The translations under genes and the position numbers were made by a program. This document shows, piece after piece, positions 46,650 through 54,908 of a stretch of DNA of 64,000 nucleotides (position 1 is the stretch's first letter; the number at the start of each line of letters is the position of its first letter). Where the stretch lies: contig JAZBPL010000036.1 in assembly GCA_036351635.1 (NCBI GenBank), positions 14,928 through 78,927 of the forward strand. The letters run 5' to 3'. The notes under the pieces are model-generated. The model was not told the DNA's origin. It saw only the letters and a program-made list of their open reading frames with translations, and made no database searches. This stretch comes from Desulfotignum sp. GTDB lineage: Bacteria; Desulfobacterota; Desulfobacteria; Desulfobacterales; Desulfobacteraceae.

Positions 46650-48731
46650 TTACACCGGGGTCACGGTGACAAAGGTATCATGGTATGCCGGGCTTCCCCC
46701 GACTTTATCATACAGATTTTCCTGGAGCAGGGCATCTGAACATCCCTGATTGTAGGACCGTTTTGCCAGTTTGGCCTCGTGTCCGAATCCGTGGACCATG
46801 AACACCGCTTCAGGATGGATCAAATCTGTGACAAAGGCTTTGATCCATCCTTTTCCGCAGGCAGAGGCCACCTCCACTGTGGCACCGTCTGTAATGCCCA
46901 GGTCAGCCGCTTTCTCCTTATTGATCCACAGCAGGTTTTCTTTCATCAGCTCATTGAGATACGGGACATTCTGGGTGGAAATATGGGTATGGAGGCCGGT
47001 GCGGCCCACCACCAGGCGGAACTTTTTTTCCGGTGTTGCCGCCGGAGCTTCATAGGACGGAAAAGAGGGAAAACCGGCATCCTCAAGCAGGGATGATCTG
47101 AATTCAATCTTTTTGGACGGGGTCTTGAAGGGGATGTCGTTTCTGTCCCAGAATATGGGGGATTTGCCGTAACTGACAAAGCCTTTTTGGGCAAAATCCT
47201 CTCGGGTGAACCCGGTACCTTCCAGCTGCCAGTCCACCAGCTCGTCCATGGTCTCATAGGGAAAATAATCCCCTATACCCAGCCGCTCGCCGAGGCGCTT
47301 GAGAATGATGGCACCCTCTACGGTGTCATACCGGGGCTCCACAGCTTTTTCACGCAGAAACATCATGGGTTTTAGGCCGTTCATCTGCTGGACGCAGTCC
47401 GTACGCTCCAGATAGGTGGATTCAGGCAGAATGACATCAGAATACCAGGCAATGTCTGAATAATTGATGTCAATGGTGACGATAAGATCCAGTTTGTCCA
47501 GGGCTTTTTTTGTACCGCTGGTATCAGCAATTGACATAAGGGGGTCCAGGCGGTAGTTGATCAATGCCTTTATGGGATAGGGATCTTCGTTGAGAATGGC
47601 ATATGGCAGGATCTGGGCCACACCATGGGCAGGATCAGGCAGCGGAAAATCCGGTGTTCCGACCTTGTCAAAACGCGGCACCTCTATTTTGGGAAATTCC
47701 TGTTCCGTGAGTTTTCTGGCAGGCTTACCGCCTTCGGCTCCCGGGCCTTTTTTAAAGAAAATCCCGCCCTTTGCTTCCACAGATCCCATCAGGGCGTTGA
47801 GCATAAGAATGGACCGGCGCATGTATATTTCATTCTGGTGGCTGGCGCAACGATACCCGTAATGAAAAATAACCGCTGGTTTTTCCCGGCTTATCTCTCT
47901 GGCCAGGGCCTTGATTTCCCCGGCCGGAATCCCGGTTTCGGTTTCCGCCCATTCCGGGGTGTATTCCTTTATAAAATCCCGCAGATCGGTGAGGCCGTGT
48001 ACCCATTTTTCCACAAATTCTGCATCATAGAGGCGTTCTTTTAAAATGACGTGGATCAGGCCGTAGTTGAGGGCCAGGTCGGTCCCCGGCCGGATCATCC
48101 AGTACCGGTGGGCCTTGGAGGCTGTGACATTCACCCGGGGATCGATATAGGTGAGCTTTGCCCCTTTTTCAAGGGCATCCATCAGGGTGTTCACCTCTTT
48201 GACATTGATAGATTCAAAAATGTTTCTGCCGTAAAGAACAATATGTTTTGTATTGGCGTAATTGATACCCATCTGGCCGTCAGTATACCCGAACATGGAG
48301 CGGCAGGCCGTGTTCATAGATCCTTTGCAGAGCGCATCATGGGTGAAATGGTTGGGGGAGCCCAAAGCCTTTAAAAAGGTTTTGCTCACATGGGTGGCCA
48401 GCTGGGCCCGTTCACCCAGGGCAATGGCATGGCCGCCATGGGTATCCTTGATTTCTTTAAGTCTGGTTCCCACATAGTCAAGGGCCTCTTCCCATGAGGC
48501 TTTCCGCCAGTTTCCCGACCCCCTGTCCCCCACCCGGATAAGGGGGGACTGGAGCCGCTGGTCATCATAAAGCAGGGATTTGCCGGCTGACCCCCTGGGG
48601 CACAAACGGCCGTCTATCCCCGCCACATGGGGGTTTCCCTGGATCCAGTTCACATGCCCGTCCCTGACACCGACTTTTATGGGACACCTGACCGAACACA
48701 TGAAACACAAACTGAACACGTCTTTATCCAT
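46650..48731 (-). CDS. bis-MGD molybdopterin oxidoreductase, thiosulfate/polysulfide reductase (PhsA/PsrA)-like, no Tat signal
   Basis: CFMCSVRC..LCPRG immediately after the start, GSPNHFTHDALC (Cys ligand region), IRPGTDLA, SDVILPESTYLER, HGFG. Confidence 0.85.
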   Translation of the reverse strand: MDKDVFSLCFMCSVRCPIKVGVRDGHVNWIQGNPHVAGIDGRLCPRGSAGKSLLYDDQRLQSPLIRVGDRGSGNWRKASWEEALDYVGTRLKEIKDTHGGHAIALGERAQLATHVSKTFLKALGSPNHFTHDALCKGSMNTACRSMFGYTDGQMGINYANTKHIVLYGRNIFESINVKEVNTLMDALEKGAKLTYIDPRVNVTASKAHRYWMIRPGTDLALNYGLIHVILKERLYDAEFVEKWVHGLTDLRDFIKEYTPEWAETETGIPAGEIKALAREISREKPAVIFHYGYRCASHQNEIYMRRSILMLNALMGSVEAKGGIFFKKGPGAEGGKPARKLTEQEFPKIEVPRFDKVGTPDFPLPDPAHGVAQILPYAILNEDPYPIKALINYRLDPLMSIADTSGTKKALDKLDLIVTIDINYSDIAWYSDVILPESTYLERTDCVQQMNGLKPMMFLREKAVEPRYDTVEGAIILKRLGERLGIGDYFPYETMDELVDWQLEGTGFTREDFAQKGFVSYGKSPIFWDRNDIPFKTPSKKIEFRSSLLEDAGFPSFPSYEAPAATPEKKFRLVVGRTGLHTHISTQNVPYLNELMKENLLWINKEKAADLGITDGATVEVASACGKGWIKAFVTDLIHPEAVFMVHGFGHEAKLAKRSYNQGCSDALLQENLYDKVGGSPAYHDTFVTVTPV

Positions 48732-48781
48732 AATTTTTTGTCTCCTTGGCAACATCAATTTTAATCATGTGGGGTTTTTCT

Positions 48782-48798
48782 TGCCATAAGCGTGCCAA
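48782..48798 (-). promoter_or_regulatory. sigma54 promoter of the molybdoenzyme operon
   Basis: TTGGCACGCTTATGGCA (GG-N10-GC). Confidence 0.7.
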
Positions 48799-48966
48799 CA
48801 TGCAACTTCCATGAAGAAAATCTTAAAAAAATCAAAGTTGCAACAAAGAATGCTTCAGTTAAAGGGAAATATGTTATAATAAACCATTGTTTATAAACTG
48901 GGCCAAAAAATTCTGAAAAGCAAGACAATTTTACAGGCCCAAATCAGGGTAGGTTGGCGGGGGGTA

Positions 48967-49003
48967 TGCAATAAAAAATATGCAGTGCAATATTTTTACT
49001 GCA
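48967..49003. promoter_or_regulatory. Tandem enhancer (UAS) candidate, copy 2
   Basis: TGCA-N10-TGCA-g-TGCA-N10-TGCA. Confidence 0.7.
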
Positions 49004-49054
49004 TATTATCCATGGTTTTGATAAAATTGTATATTATTTGCGAGGTTTTTTTAT

Positions 49055-49969
49055 ATGGATACCTTGTTTCAGCAGATCCAGGAAGTTGGATGGGAAATCT
49101 TGCTCATATGCATCCGGGTGCTGGTAATTTTACTTCTGGCCTGGTTTGCCATGGTTGTTTTAAAAAAAATGCTGCACCGCCTGGAACTCCGGCTGCTCAG
49201 GCAGAGTAAAATCTCCGGTGAACCGCCCTCTGAAGCGGAAAAAAGGCTGGAGACAATCACCCGTCTGGTGCGGCAGGCGGCACTTATTGTCCTCTGGGTG
49301 GTCATCACGCTTACCATACTCAAAGAGATCGGCGTCAATATCGGTCCGGTTCTTGCCAGTGCCGGCATTGTGGGGCTGGCCGTGGGTTTCGGCGCCCAGA
49401 ATCTTGTCCGTGATTTTATTGCAGGGTTTTTCTTTATTCTTGAAAACCAGGTCCGGGTAGGGGATGTGGCCATTGTAAACGGGACAGGCGGCCTGGTTGA
49501 AAAACTCAATTTCCGGACCATTGTGTTGCGTGATCTGGGGGGGAGTGTGCATGTTTTTCCAAACGGGACGGTCACCACATTGAGTAATCTGACCAATGAC
49601 TGGTCTGCCTATGTGTTTGATATCGGTGTTGCTTATAAGGAAAATACCGACATGGTGATCCAACTAATGGCCAGGGTGGGTTCTGAGATGAAACAGGATG
49701 CATTGCTCGGACCTTTTATGCTTGAGGAGCCTGAAATTTTCGGGGTGGACAAATTCGACACCTCAGCCGTAATTATTAAAGGCAGAATAAAAACAAAACC
49801 CATCCGCCAGTGGCAGGTGGGAAGAGAATATCTGCGCAGAATCAAACTTGCATTTGACGAAGCTGGTATTGAAATTCCATTCCCCCACCAGACCCTGTAT
49901 TTTGGCGAAGCCAGTAAACCCATTGAAATTGCACTTCTTGAAAAGCTCAAAGGAAAAAACCATTCATGA
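49055..49969 (+). CDS. Small-conductance mechanosensitive channel (MscS/YbiO family)
   Basis: LASAGIVGLAVGFGAQNLVRD..AGFF..ENQ..VGD, IEIPFP. Confidence 0.92.
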   Translation: MDTLFQQIQEVGWEILLICIRVLVILLLAWFAMVVLKKMLHRLELRLLRQSKISGEPPSEAEKRLETITRLVRQAALIVLWVVITLTILKEIGVNIGPVLASAGIVGLAVGFGAQNLVRDFIAGFFFILENQVRVGDVAIVNGTGGLVEKLNFRTIVLRDLGGSVHVFPNGTVTTLSNLTNDWSAYVFDIGVAYKENTDMVIQLMARVGSEMKQDALLGPFMLEEPEIFGVDKFDTSAVIIKGRIKTKPIRQWQVGREYLRRIKLAFDEAGIEIPFPHQTLYFGEASKPIEIALLEKLKGKNHS

Positions 49970-50718
49970 CCAAACGGTACCAGGCCCCTATTGTTAAAAA
50001 GGCTTTCGATATTCTCAGGGCCATATCACAATCTGAAAAAGGACTGCGCATCAGTGATATTTCAACGGATCTTGATATCAGCAAAAGCACGGTCCACGGC
50101 ATTACCGCAGCCCTTGAGGAACAGGGTGCCATTACACGGCATCCGGATTCCAAGCGGTATACCATCGGCCTGACCCTCATGGAACTGGGCAAGGCTGCCT
50201 ATGAACGGGTGGATATCGTAAAATCCGCCAGGCCGGCCATGGAAAATCTCATGGAACAATGCGGGGAATCTGTATTTCTGGGCATACGCAATGCCCACCA
50301 TGTAACGGTTATTGATATCGTGGAATCCAGAAAAGATTTCAAGATAAGCTCTCCCATCGGCACGGCACTGCCCCTCCTGGCCGGGGCTGTGGGAAAGGCC
50401 TTTTTGTCAGCCATGCCGGCACCTGAGGCTGCGTCCTATTTGAAAACCCACCCTTTGCGCAGGTTTACTTCCCAGACCATTGTGGATCCGGCAATATATC
50501 TGGAAGAGCTGAAAGCCGTCAAAAAAAGGGGATATGCCCTGGATGATGAAGAATACATTGCCGGTGTCCGGGCTGTGGCAGTCTGTCTTTCCCCCAGGGC
50601 AGGCCATCTGCCGGCTCTGTGGGTGGTCGGGTTCAAAGCAGAGATGTCAGACGACCTGATGCCGGGCATTGTTGACCAGACCCTGGCTGCAGCCCTTCAG
50701 ATCAACCAAAGTGTATAG
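49966..50718 (+). CDS. IclR-family transcriptional regulator
   Basis: HTH (ISKSTVHGI), GESVFLG, AVGKAFL, GYALDDEEY..GVRAVA. Confidence 0.9.
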   Translation: MTKRYQAPIVKKAFDILRAISQSEKGLRISDISTDLDISKSTVHGITAALEEQGAITRHPDSKRYTIGLTLMELGKAAYERVDIVKSARPAMENLMEQCGESVFLGIRNAHHVTVIDIVESRKDFKISSPIGTALPLLAGAVGKAFLSAMPAPEAASYLKTHPLRRFTSQTIVDPAIYLEELKAVKKRGYALDDEEYIAGVRAVAVCLSPRAGHLPALWVVGFKAEMSDDLMPGIVDQTLAAALQINQSV

Positions 50719-50828
50719 GCACGGGGCAATGTCTGGGGCAGACCGGATTTTTTTTTGGGATAGACCAGGGGGAACAGTTCATTTCCCGTTTCAAGAGAGG
50801 TGATCACGGTGTGGCAGAAGATGTGCCG

Positions 50829-51485
50829 TCAGGGGCGGCTATCCGGGATCAACAGGGTTGACAGCTGCTCTATCACCGGTGCCAAATCTTGGCGGTGCCC
50901 GGGCGGCACCATCAGCACGGAGATCGCCTCGTTGGGTACAAACCGATCGGCAGGCGGATCAGGTTCATCCGCCGGGAACCAGGTCAGCATGTCGGACAGA
51001 TTGCCGGAAAATCCATGCGAATCCAGGTGTTCGATGGCCTGCAAAAAGACGTTGTTCATCGTCAACACCCATGGCGGCACCTGTGCAAAGCCTGTGTTTT
51101 TACAACCTGTATCCGACATTAATGCCCGACAGCCGAACGGCCTGACATCATAAACAGTGCACAGGTCATTTGCCAGCAAAGGGCATTTGCCCCATGAGGG
51201 GTCATTTTCTTCATCCGGCAGATCTGTGCCTTCCATGCACAATCGGGCAAACCGGTTTGTGGTCATTCTGGGAATATACCGTTTTGCCGGAAATTTCTCT
51301 GTTATTCTTGTGTAAAGTGCTTTGTTTTGGGCAGACGGTAGAAAAAAGGTCATAAAACGTGCCTCCAGGCTGGTCAGTGTCACATTGCAGGTACAGCATT
51401 GGGCACATTTCGGACGGCATGCCTTTGTCACAGAAGCCATGACTTTATCATACAGCAGATAAATTTTTCTAAGCCGGTCAATCAT
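50829..51485 (-). CDS. YkgJ/UPF0153 Cys-cluster (CxxxCxxCC) protein
   Basis: CRPKCAQCC, CPLL...CTVYDVRPFGCR. Confidence 0.8.
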   Translation of the reverse strand: MIDRLRKIYLLYDKVMASVTKACRPKCAQCCTCNVTLTSLEARFMTFFLPSAQNKALYTRITEKFPAKRYIPRMTTNRFARLCMEGTDLPDEENDPSWGKCPLLANDLCTVYDVRPFGCRALMSDTGCKNTGFAQVPPWVLTMNNVFLQAIEHLDSHGFSGNLSDMLTWFPADEPDPPADRFVPNEAISVLMVPPGHRQDLAPVIEQLSTLLIPDSRP

Positions 51486-51651
51486 GGGATGAAACTACGC
51501 GATTCCGGCATGATTTTCAAGATGCCGGAAAAAACATTTGTATTGACTTTTTATCTGACACCACCCCAGGTGGTTATATGAAAGCCGTCAGTACTCAGCT
51601 AACAGCTAAAAGCTTTCATTCTTTGTTGTGCCCGCCAGGGCATGGGTGTTA

Positions 51652-51686
51652 TTGACAAGGGGATGTTGTGCAATTATAATTACACA
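51652..51686 (+). promoter_or_regulatory. Consensus sigma70 promoter with an overlapping palindromic operator (vapBC-3)
   Basis: TTGACA-17 nt-TATAAT; TGTGCAATTATAATTACACA palindrome at 51667-51686. Confidence 0.85.
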
Positions 51687-51718
51687 TATATTTTTATCTG
51701 GTAAGCGGAGGTGTTACA

Positions 51719-51952
51719 ATGGGTCAGGTAACCATATATCTTGACAATGAGATTGAAAATAAAATGAAGCATGCTGCCAGGGCAAACCATGTGTCTGTCA
51801 GTAAATGGGTCGCAGATATTATCAGGAAAAAGGTGTCAACCGAATGGCCCCAGGACATCGTAGATTTGGCAGGTTCCTGGAAAAATGATTTTCCGGAACT
51901 GCCAGAAATCCGTTCAACAGAAGGTAAAGATGCCGAACGCGAGGCTCTGTAA
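51719..51952 (+). CDS. VapB-type antitoxin (RHH/CopG-like)
   Basis: MGQVTIYLD..SVSKW..WP..DLAGSW; GGAGG RBS; directly upstream of vapC. Confidence 0.82.
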   Translation: MGQVTIYLDNEIENKMKHAARANHVSVSKWVADIIRKKVSTEWPQDIVDLAGSWKNDFPELPEIRSTEGKDAEREAL

Positions 51953-51954
51953 AT

Positions 51955-52347
51955 TTGTATATTCTTGATACCAATACACTCATCTATTTCTTCAAGGGTG
52001 CCGGTAATGTCGCGGATATGCTGCTTTCAAAATCCCCAAAGGATATTGGTATTCCGGCAATTGTTCTTTTTGAACTTGCGCTTGGTATTGCCAAATCAAC
52101 AAACCCGACAAAAAGGAAAATTCAGTTGGATTTGCTGGTCTCCCATGTCAATATTTTTCCTTTCGGGGCAAAAGAAGCTGAAAGTGCCGCAATGATAAGG
52201 GCGGACCTTGAAAAAAAAGGGATGCCCATCGGGCCGTATGACACATTGATCGCAGGTACGGCATTGGCTGCAAATGCCATTCTTGTAACCCACAATGTAA
52301 GAGAATTTGAACGGGTCAGTGCCCTGACACTTGAGGATTGGTATTAA
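51955..52347 (+). CDS. vapC: VapC PIN-domain toxin
   Basis: YILDTN, FEL..G, IGPYDTLIAG, LVTHNVREF. Confidence 0.92.
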   Translation: MYILDTNTLIYFFKGAGNVADMLLSKSPKDIGIPAIVLFELALGIAKSTNPTKRKIQLDLLVSHVNIFPFGAKEAESAAMIRADLEKKGMPIGPYDTLIAGTALAANAILVTHNVREFERVSALTLEDWY

Positions 52348-52383
52348 CCCTTGCAGCTGAACCGCATCAGGTAAAAGCCGTTG

Positions 52384-53064
52384 TCAGCAAGCTGTGCCGT
52401 ATTGCGCCAGGTAGGTGACGATTTTTTTCATCATGGCATCATCCAGGATCACCCGGCCGTTAATCTCTTTGTTGTGCAGGAAAGTGGTGATGTCGGACAA
52501 GGTGACAATGGCATAAATGGGGATGCCCAGGGTTTGTGCCACCTCTGCCAGGGCGTTCTGGTCGGTGGTGCCTTTTTCCTGGCGGTCCACGCTGATGACG
52601 ATGCCCTTGACCTGTGGATTTCCGCTGGTTTTCAGGATCTCAAGGGATTCTCTGATGGCCTTGCCAGAGGTGATGACATCATCCACCAGGATAAGCCGGG
52701 TGTTCCCGTCCAGGGCCATACCCACGGTGCTGCTTTTGTCTGCATAGGTTTTGGCTTCCTTGCGGTTGAACACATAGCCTTTGTCCATCTCCATGTCAGA
52801 CAGGGCCATGGCTGTGGACACACACAAAGGAATTCCTTTGTAGGCAGGCCCGTAAATGCCGTCAAATGCAGTGCTGAAATGCTCGCGCACGGCCCGGGCA
52901 TAGTAGGTGCCCAGCTGTTTGATCTTGGCCCCTGTGTCAAACATGCCGGTGTTGATGAAATAGGGGGCGATTCTTCCGCTTTTGAGCTGAAATTCCCCGA
53001 ATGTCAGGGCGTTGCACTGGACAAGAAAGGTGATGAAAGATTCCTGGTAGGTCATTTGGGTCAT
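52384..53064 (-). CDS. pyrE: Orotate phosphoribosyltransferase
   Basis: FGEFQLKSGR.APYFIN, GPAYKGIP, FNRKEAK, LVDDVITSG, VDRQE. Confidence 0.93.
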   Translation of the reverse strand: MTQMTYQESFITFLVQCNALTFGEFQLKSGRIAPYFINTGMFDTGAKIKQLGTYYARAVREHFSTAFDGIYGPAYKGIPLCVSTAMALSDMEMDKGYVFNRKEAKTYADKSSTVGMALDGNTRLILVDDVITSGKAIRESLEILKTSGNPQVKGIVISVDRQEKGTTDQNALAEVAQTLGIPIYAIVTLSDITTFLHNKEINGRVILDDAMMKKIVTYLAQYGTAC

Positions 53065-53112
53065 TGGATCCTTTGTTTGTGTATGGTTTTTTCGCACTGT
53101 TTTCCTGTGCTA

Positions 53113-53934
53113 TCACTGGCAGCGCCAGGACACATATTCGGACAAAGCAACCGGCTGTCCGGACTTGAGCAGGGCGATGCGGTTGAAATCGGTCATTTTT
53201 TGCAGCTGGTCTGAATGGAATACCGGGCCGTCCGTGCACACCACCTGGTCACTGCATACACAGGCACCGCACACCCCGAACCCGCACCGCATATACCTCT
53301 CCAGAGATACCTGGCAGGGGATGCCGTGGGCTTGGCACAGGGTGAAGACCGCATGCATCATCATTTCCGGTCCACAGGCATAGACCATGTCAAACTGCAG
53401 CTGTGCCTTATCTTTCCTGCGCCGGATCTCTGCTGCCAGCAGATCAGTGACAAATCCTTTGTGTCCCAGGCTGCCGTCATCTGTTGTAAAATAACGTTTG
53501 ACTGCGAACCGCTGTGGATACAGGATAAAATCCTTTGTTCTGGCCCCGTGGACAAAGAACAGGTTCGGATCCAGTTGTTCCACCAGGGGGGCCAACGGCG
53601 CCATCCCGCAGCCGCCGGCCACCACCGCAACATGCGGAGAGGAAATGATGTCAAACCCGTTGCCGAAAGGCCCCCGGATGCCTACCCAATCTCCCGGGGA
53701 CAGGGACAGGGCCTGGTTGGAAAATCTTCCTTTGGCCTCGATGGTGATGCCGAACCGTTCCGGCCCATGATAGGAAATGGTGTAGGGTTTTTCATCCACC
53801 CCCGGGAGCCAGACCATGATGAACCGGCCCGGCTGAAAATCGATGGCCACATCAAAAAACAGGGTGACAAAACAGGGGTTGTGCATGGTTTTTCTGGCCA
53901 CCTGGACCATGACGGGTTTCTGGTCAAAAATCAT
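53113..53934 (-). CDS. pyrK: Dihydroorotate dehydrogenase B electron-transfer subunit
   Basis: RGPFGNGF, AGGCGMAP, CGPEMMM, ERYMRCGFGVCGAC..VC.DGPVF. Confidence 0.92.
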   Translation of the reverse strand: MIFDQKPVMVQVARKTMHNPCFVTLFFDVAIDFQPGRFIMVWLPGVDEKPYTISYHGPERFGITIEAKGRFSNQALSLSPGDWVGIRGPFGNGFDIISSPHVAVVAGGCGMAPLAPLVEQLDPNLFFVHGARTKDFILYPQRFAVKRYFTTDDGSLGHKGFVTDLLAAEIRRRKDKAQLQFDMVYACGPEMMMHAVFTLCQAHGIPCQVSLERYMRCGFGVCGACVCSDQVVCTDGPVFHSDQLQKMTDFNRIALLKSGQPVALSEYVSWRCQ

Positions 53935-54902
53935 GGGGTGTTTTTCCTGTGCTGGTTGGCAAGGTCTTTTGAAATGGAAACCGGATCATTGAAGGTCCTG
54001 CCTGCAGGATGGTGTGCCGCACCGATGACCGCTTCTCTGTTGGTTTCATGGGCACCCAGCCAGTCGACAAGTTCCCGGTTCACCTTGTCAAACACCTGGA
54101 TGCCCCGGTAACGCACAGCAGATCCCATACCCACCAGGGTGGCGCCCGCCATGAACATCTCCACGGCATCCGCGCCCGTGGTGACCCCCCCTAAACCGAT
54201 GATCGGGATGGACACGGCCCTGAAGATGTCATACACGCATCGGATCGCAATGGGTTTGATCATGGGGCCGGACAGGCCCCCTTTTTTGAATGCCAGCACC
54301 GGCATTTTTGTTTCGATGTCTATGACCATGCCGGGGCCGGCCGTGTTGATGGCGCAGATGGCATCTGCACCCGCATCTTCACATGCTTTTGCAATGCGGC
54401 CGATATCCGGGGCTGCCGGCGTTAGCTTGGCGATCAGCGGCACATCAATGACGTGTTTCACCGCAGCCGTGACAGCATGGGCTGCTTTTTCATCCACCCC
54501 GAACAGCATGCCGTGGTGATCGGAATTGGGGCAGGAGATGTTGATTTCAATGCAGTCGGGTCCCTGGTCCGACACAAAGCGGGCCACTTCAGCAAACTCA
54601 GCCACTGACCCGCCGTAGATGCTGGCATTGAGGGGAAAATCCCGGTCCGCCAGGGCCTGCCATTCCGCATCCATGTTGCCGTATCCAGGGGTGGGCAGAC
54701 CCACAGCATTGATCATGCCGCACCCCAAGTCAATGACCGTGGGGTTGTTGTGGCCGTCCCGCCGGTTCGGGCCGATGGATTTCATGGTCACCAGGCCGCA
54801 TCCGGCCCCATGGACCCGGGACAGGATGCCGGCATTGTTGCCCAGGATGCCCGAGGCCAGCACAAGGGGGCTTTTTAACTGTATTCCCAGAAATTCAGCC
54901 AT
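53931..54902 (-). CDS. pyrD: Dihydroorotate dehydrogenase, class 1B catalytic subunit
   Basis: LASG, MINAVGL, EINISCPN, AKLTP, AINT, GGLSGP.IKP. Confidence 0.93.
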   Translation of the reverse strand: MAEFLGIQLKSPLVLASGILGNNAGILSRVHGAGCGLVTMKSIGPNRRDGHNNPTVIDLGCGMINAVGLPTPGYGNMDAEWQALADRDFPLNASIYGGSVAEFAEVARFVSDQGPDCIEINISCPNSDHHGMLFGVDEKAAHAVTAAVKHVIDVPLIAKLTPAAPDIGRIAKACEDAGADAICAINTAGPGMVIDIETKMPVLAFKKGGLSGPMIKPIAIRCVYDIFRAVSIPIIGLGGVTTGADAVEMFMAGATLVGMGSAVRYRGIQVFDKVNRELVDWLGAHETNREAVIGAAHHPAGRTFNDPVSISKDLANQHRKNTP

Positions 54903-54908
54903 GACGGA

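Noticed and set aside
51578-51619. ATGAAAGC...GCTTTCAT hairpin with degenerate heptamers as a riboswitch or sRNA
   Set aside because: Matches no RNA family I can recognise; more likely a degenerate short palindromic repeat.
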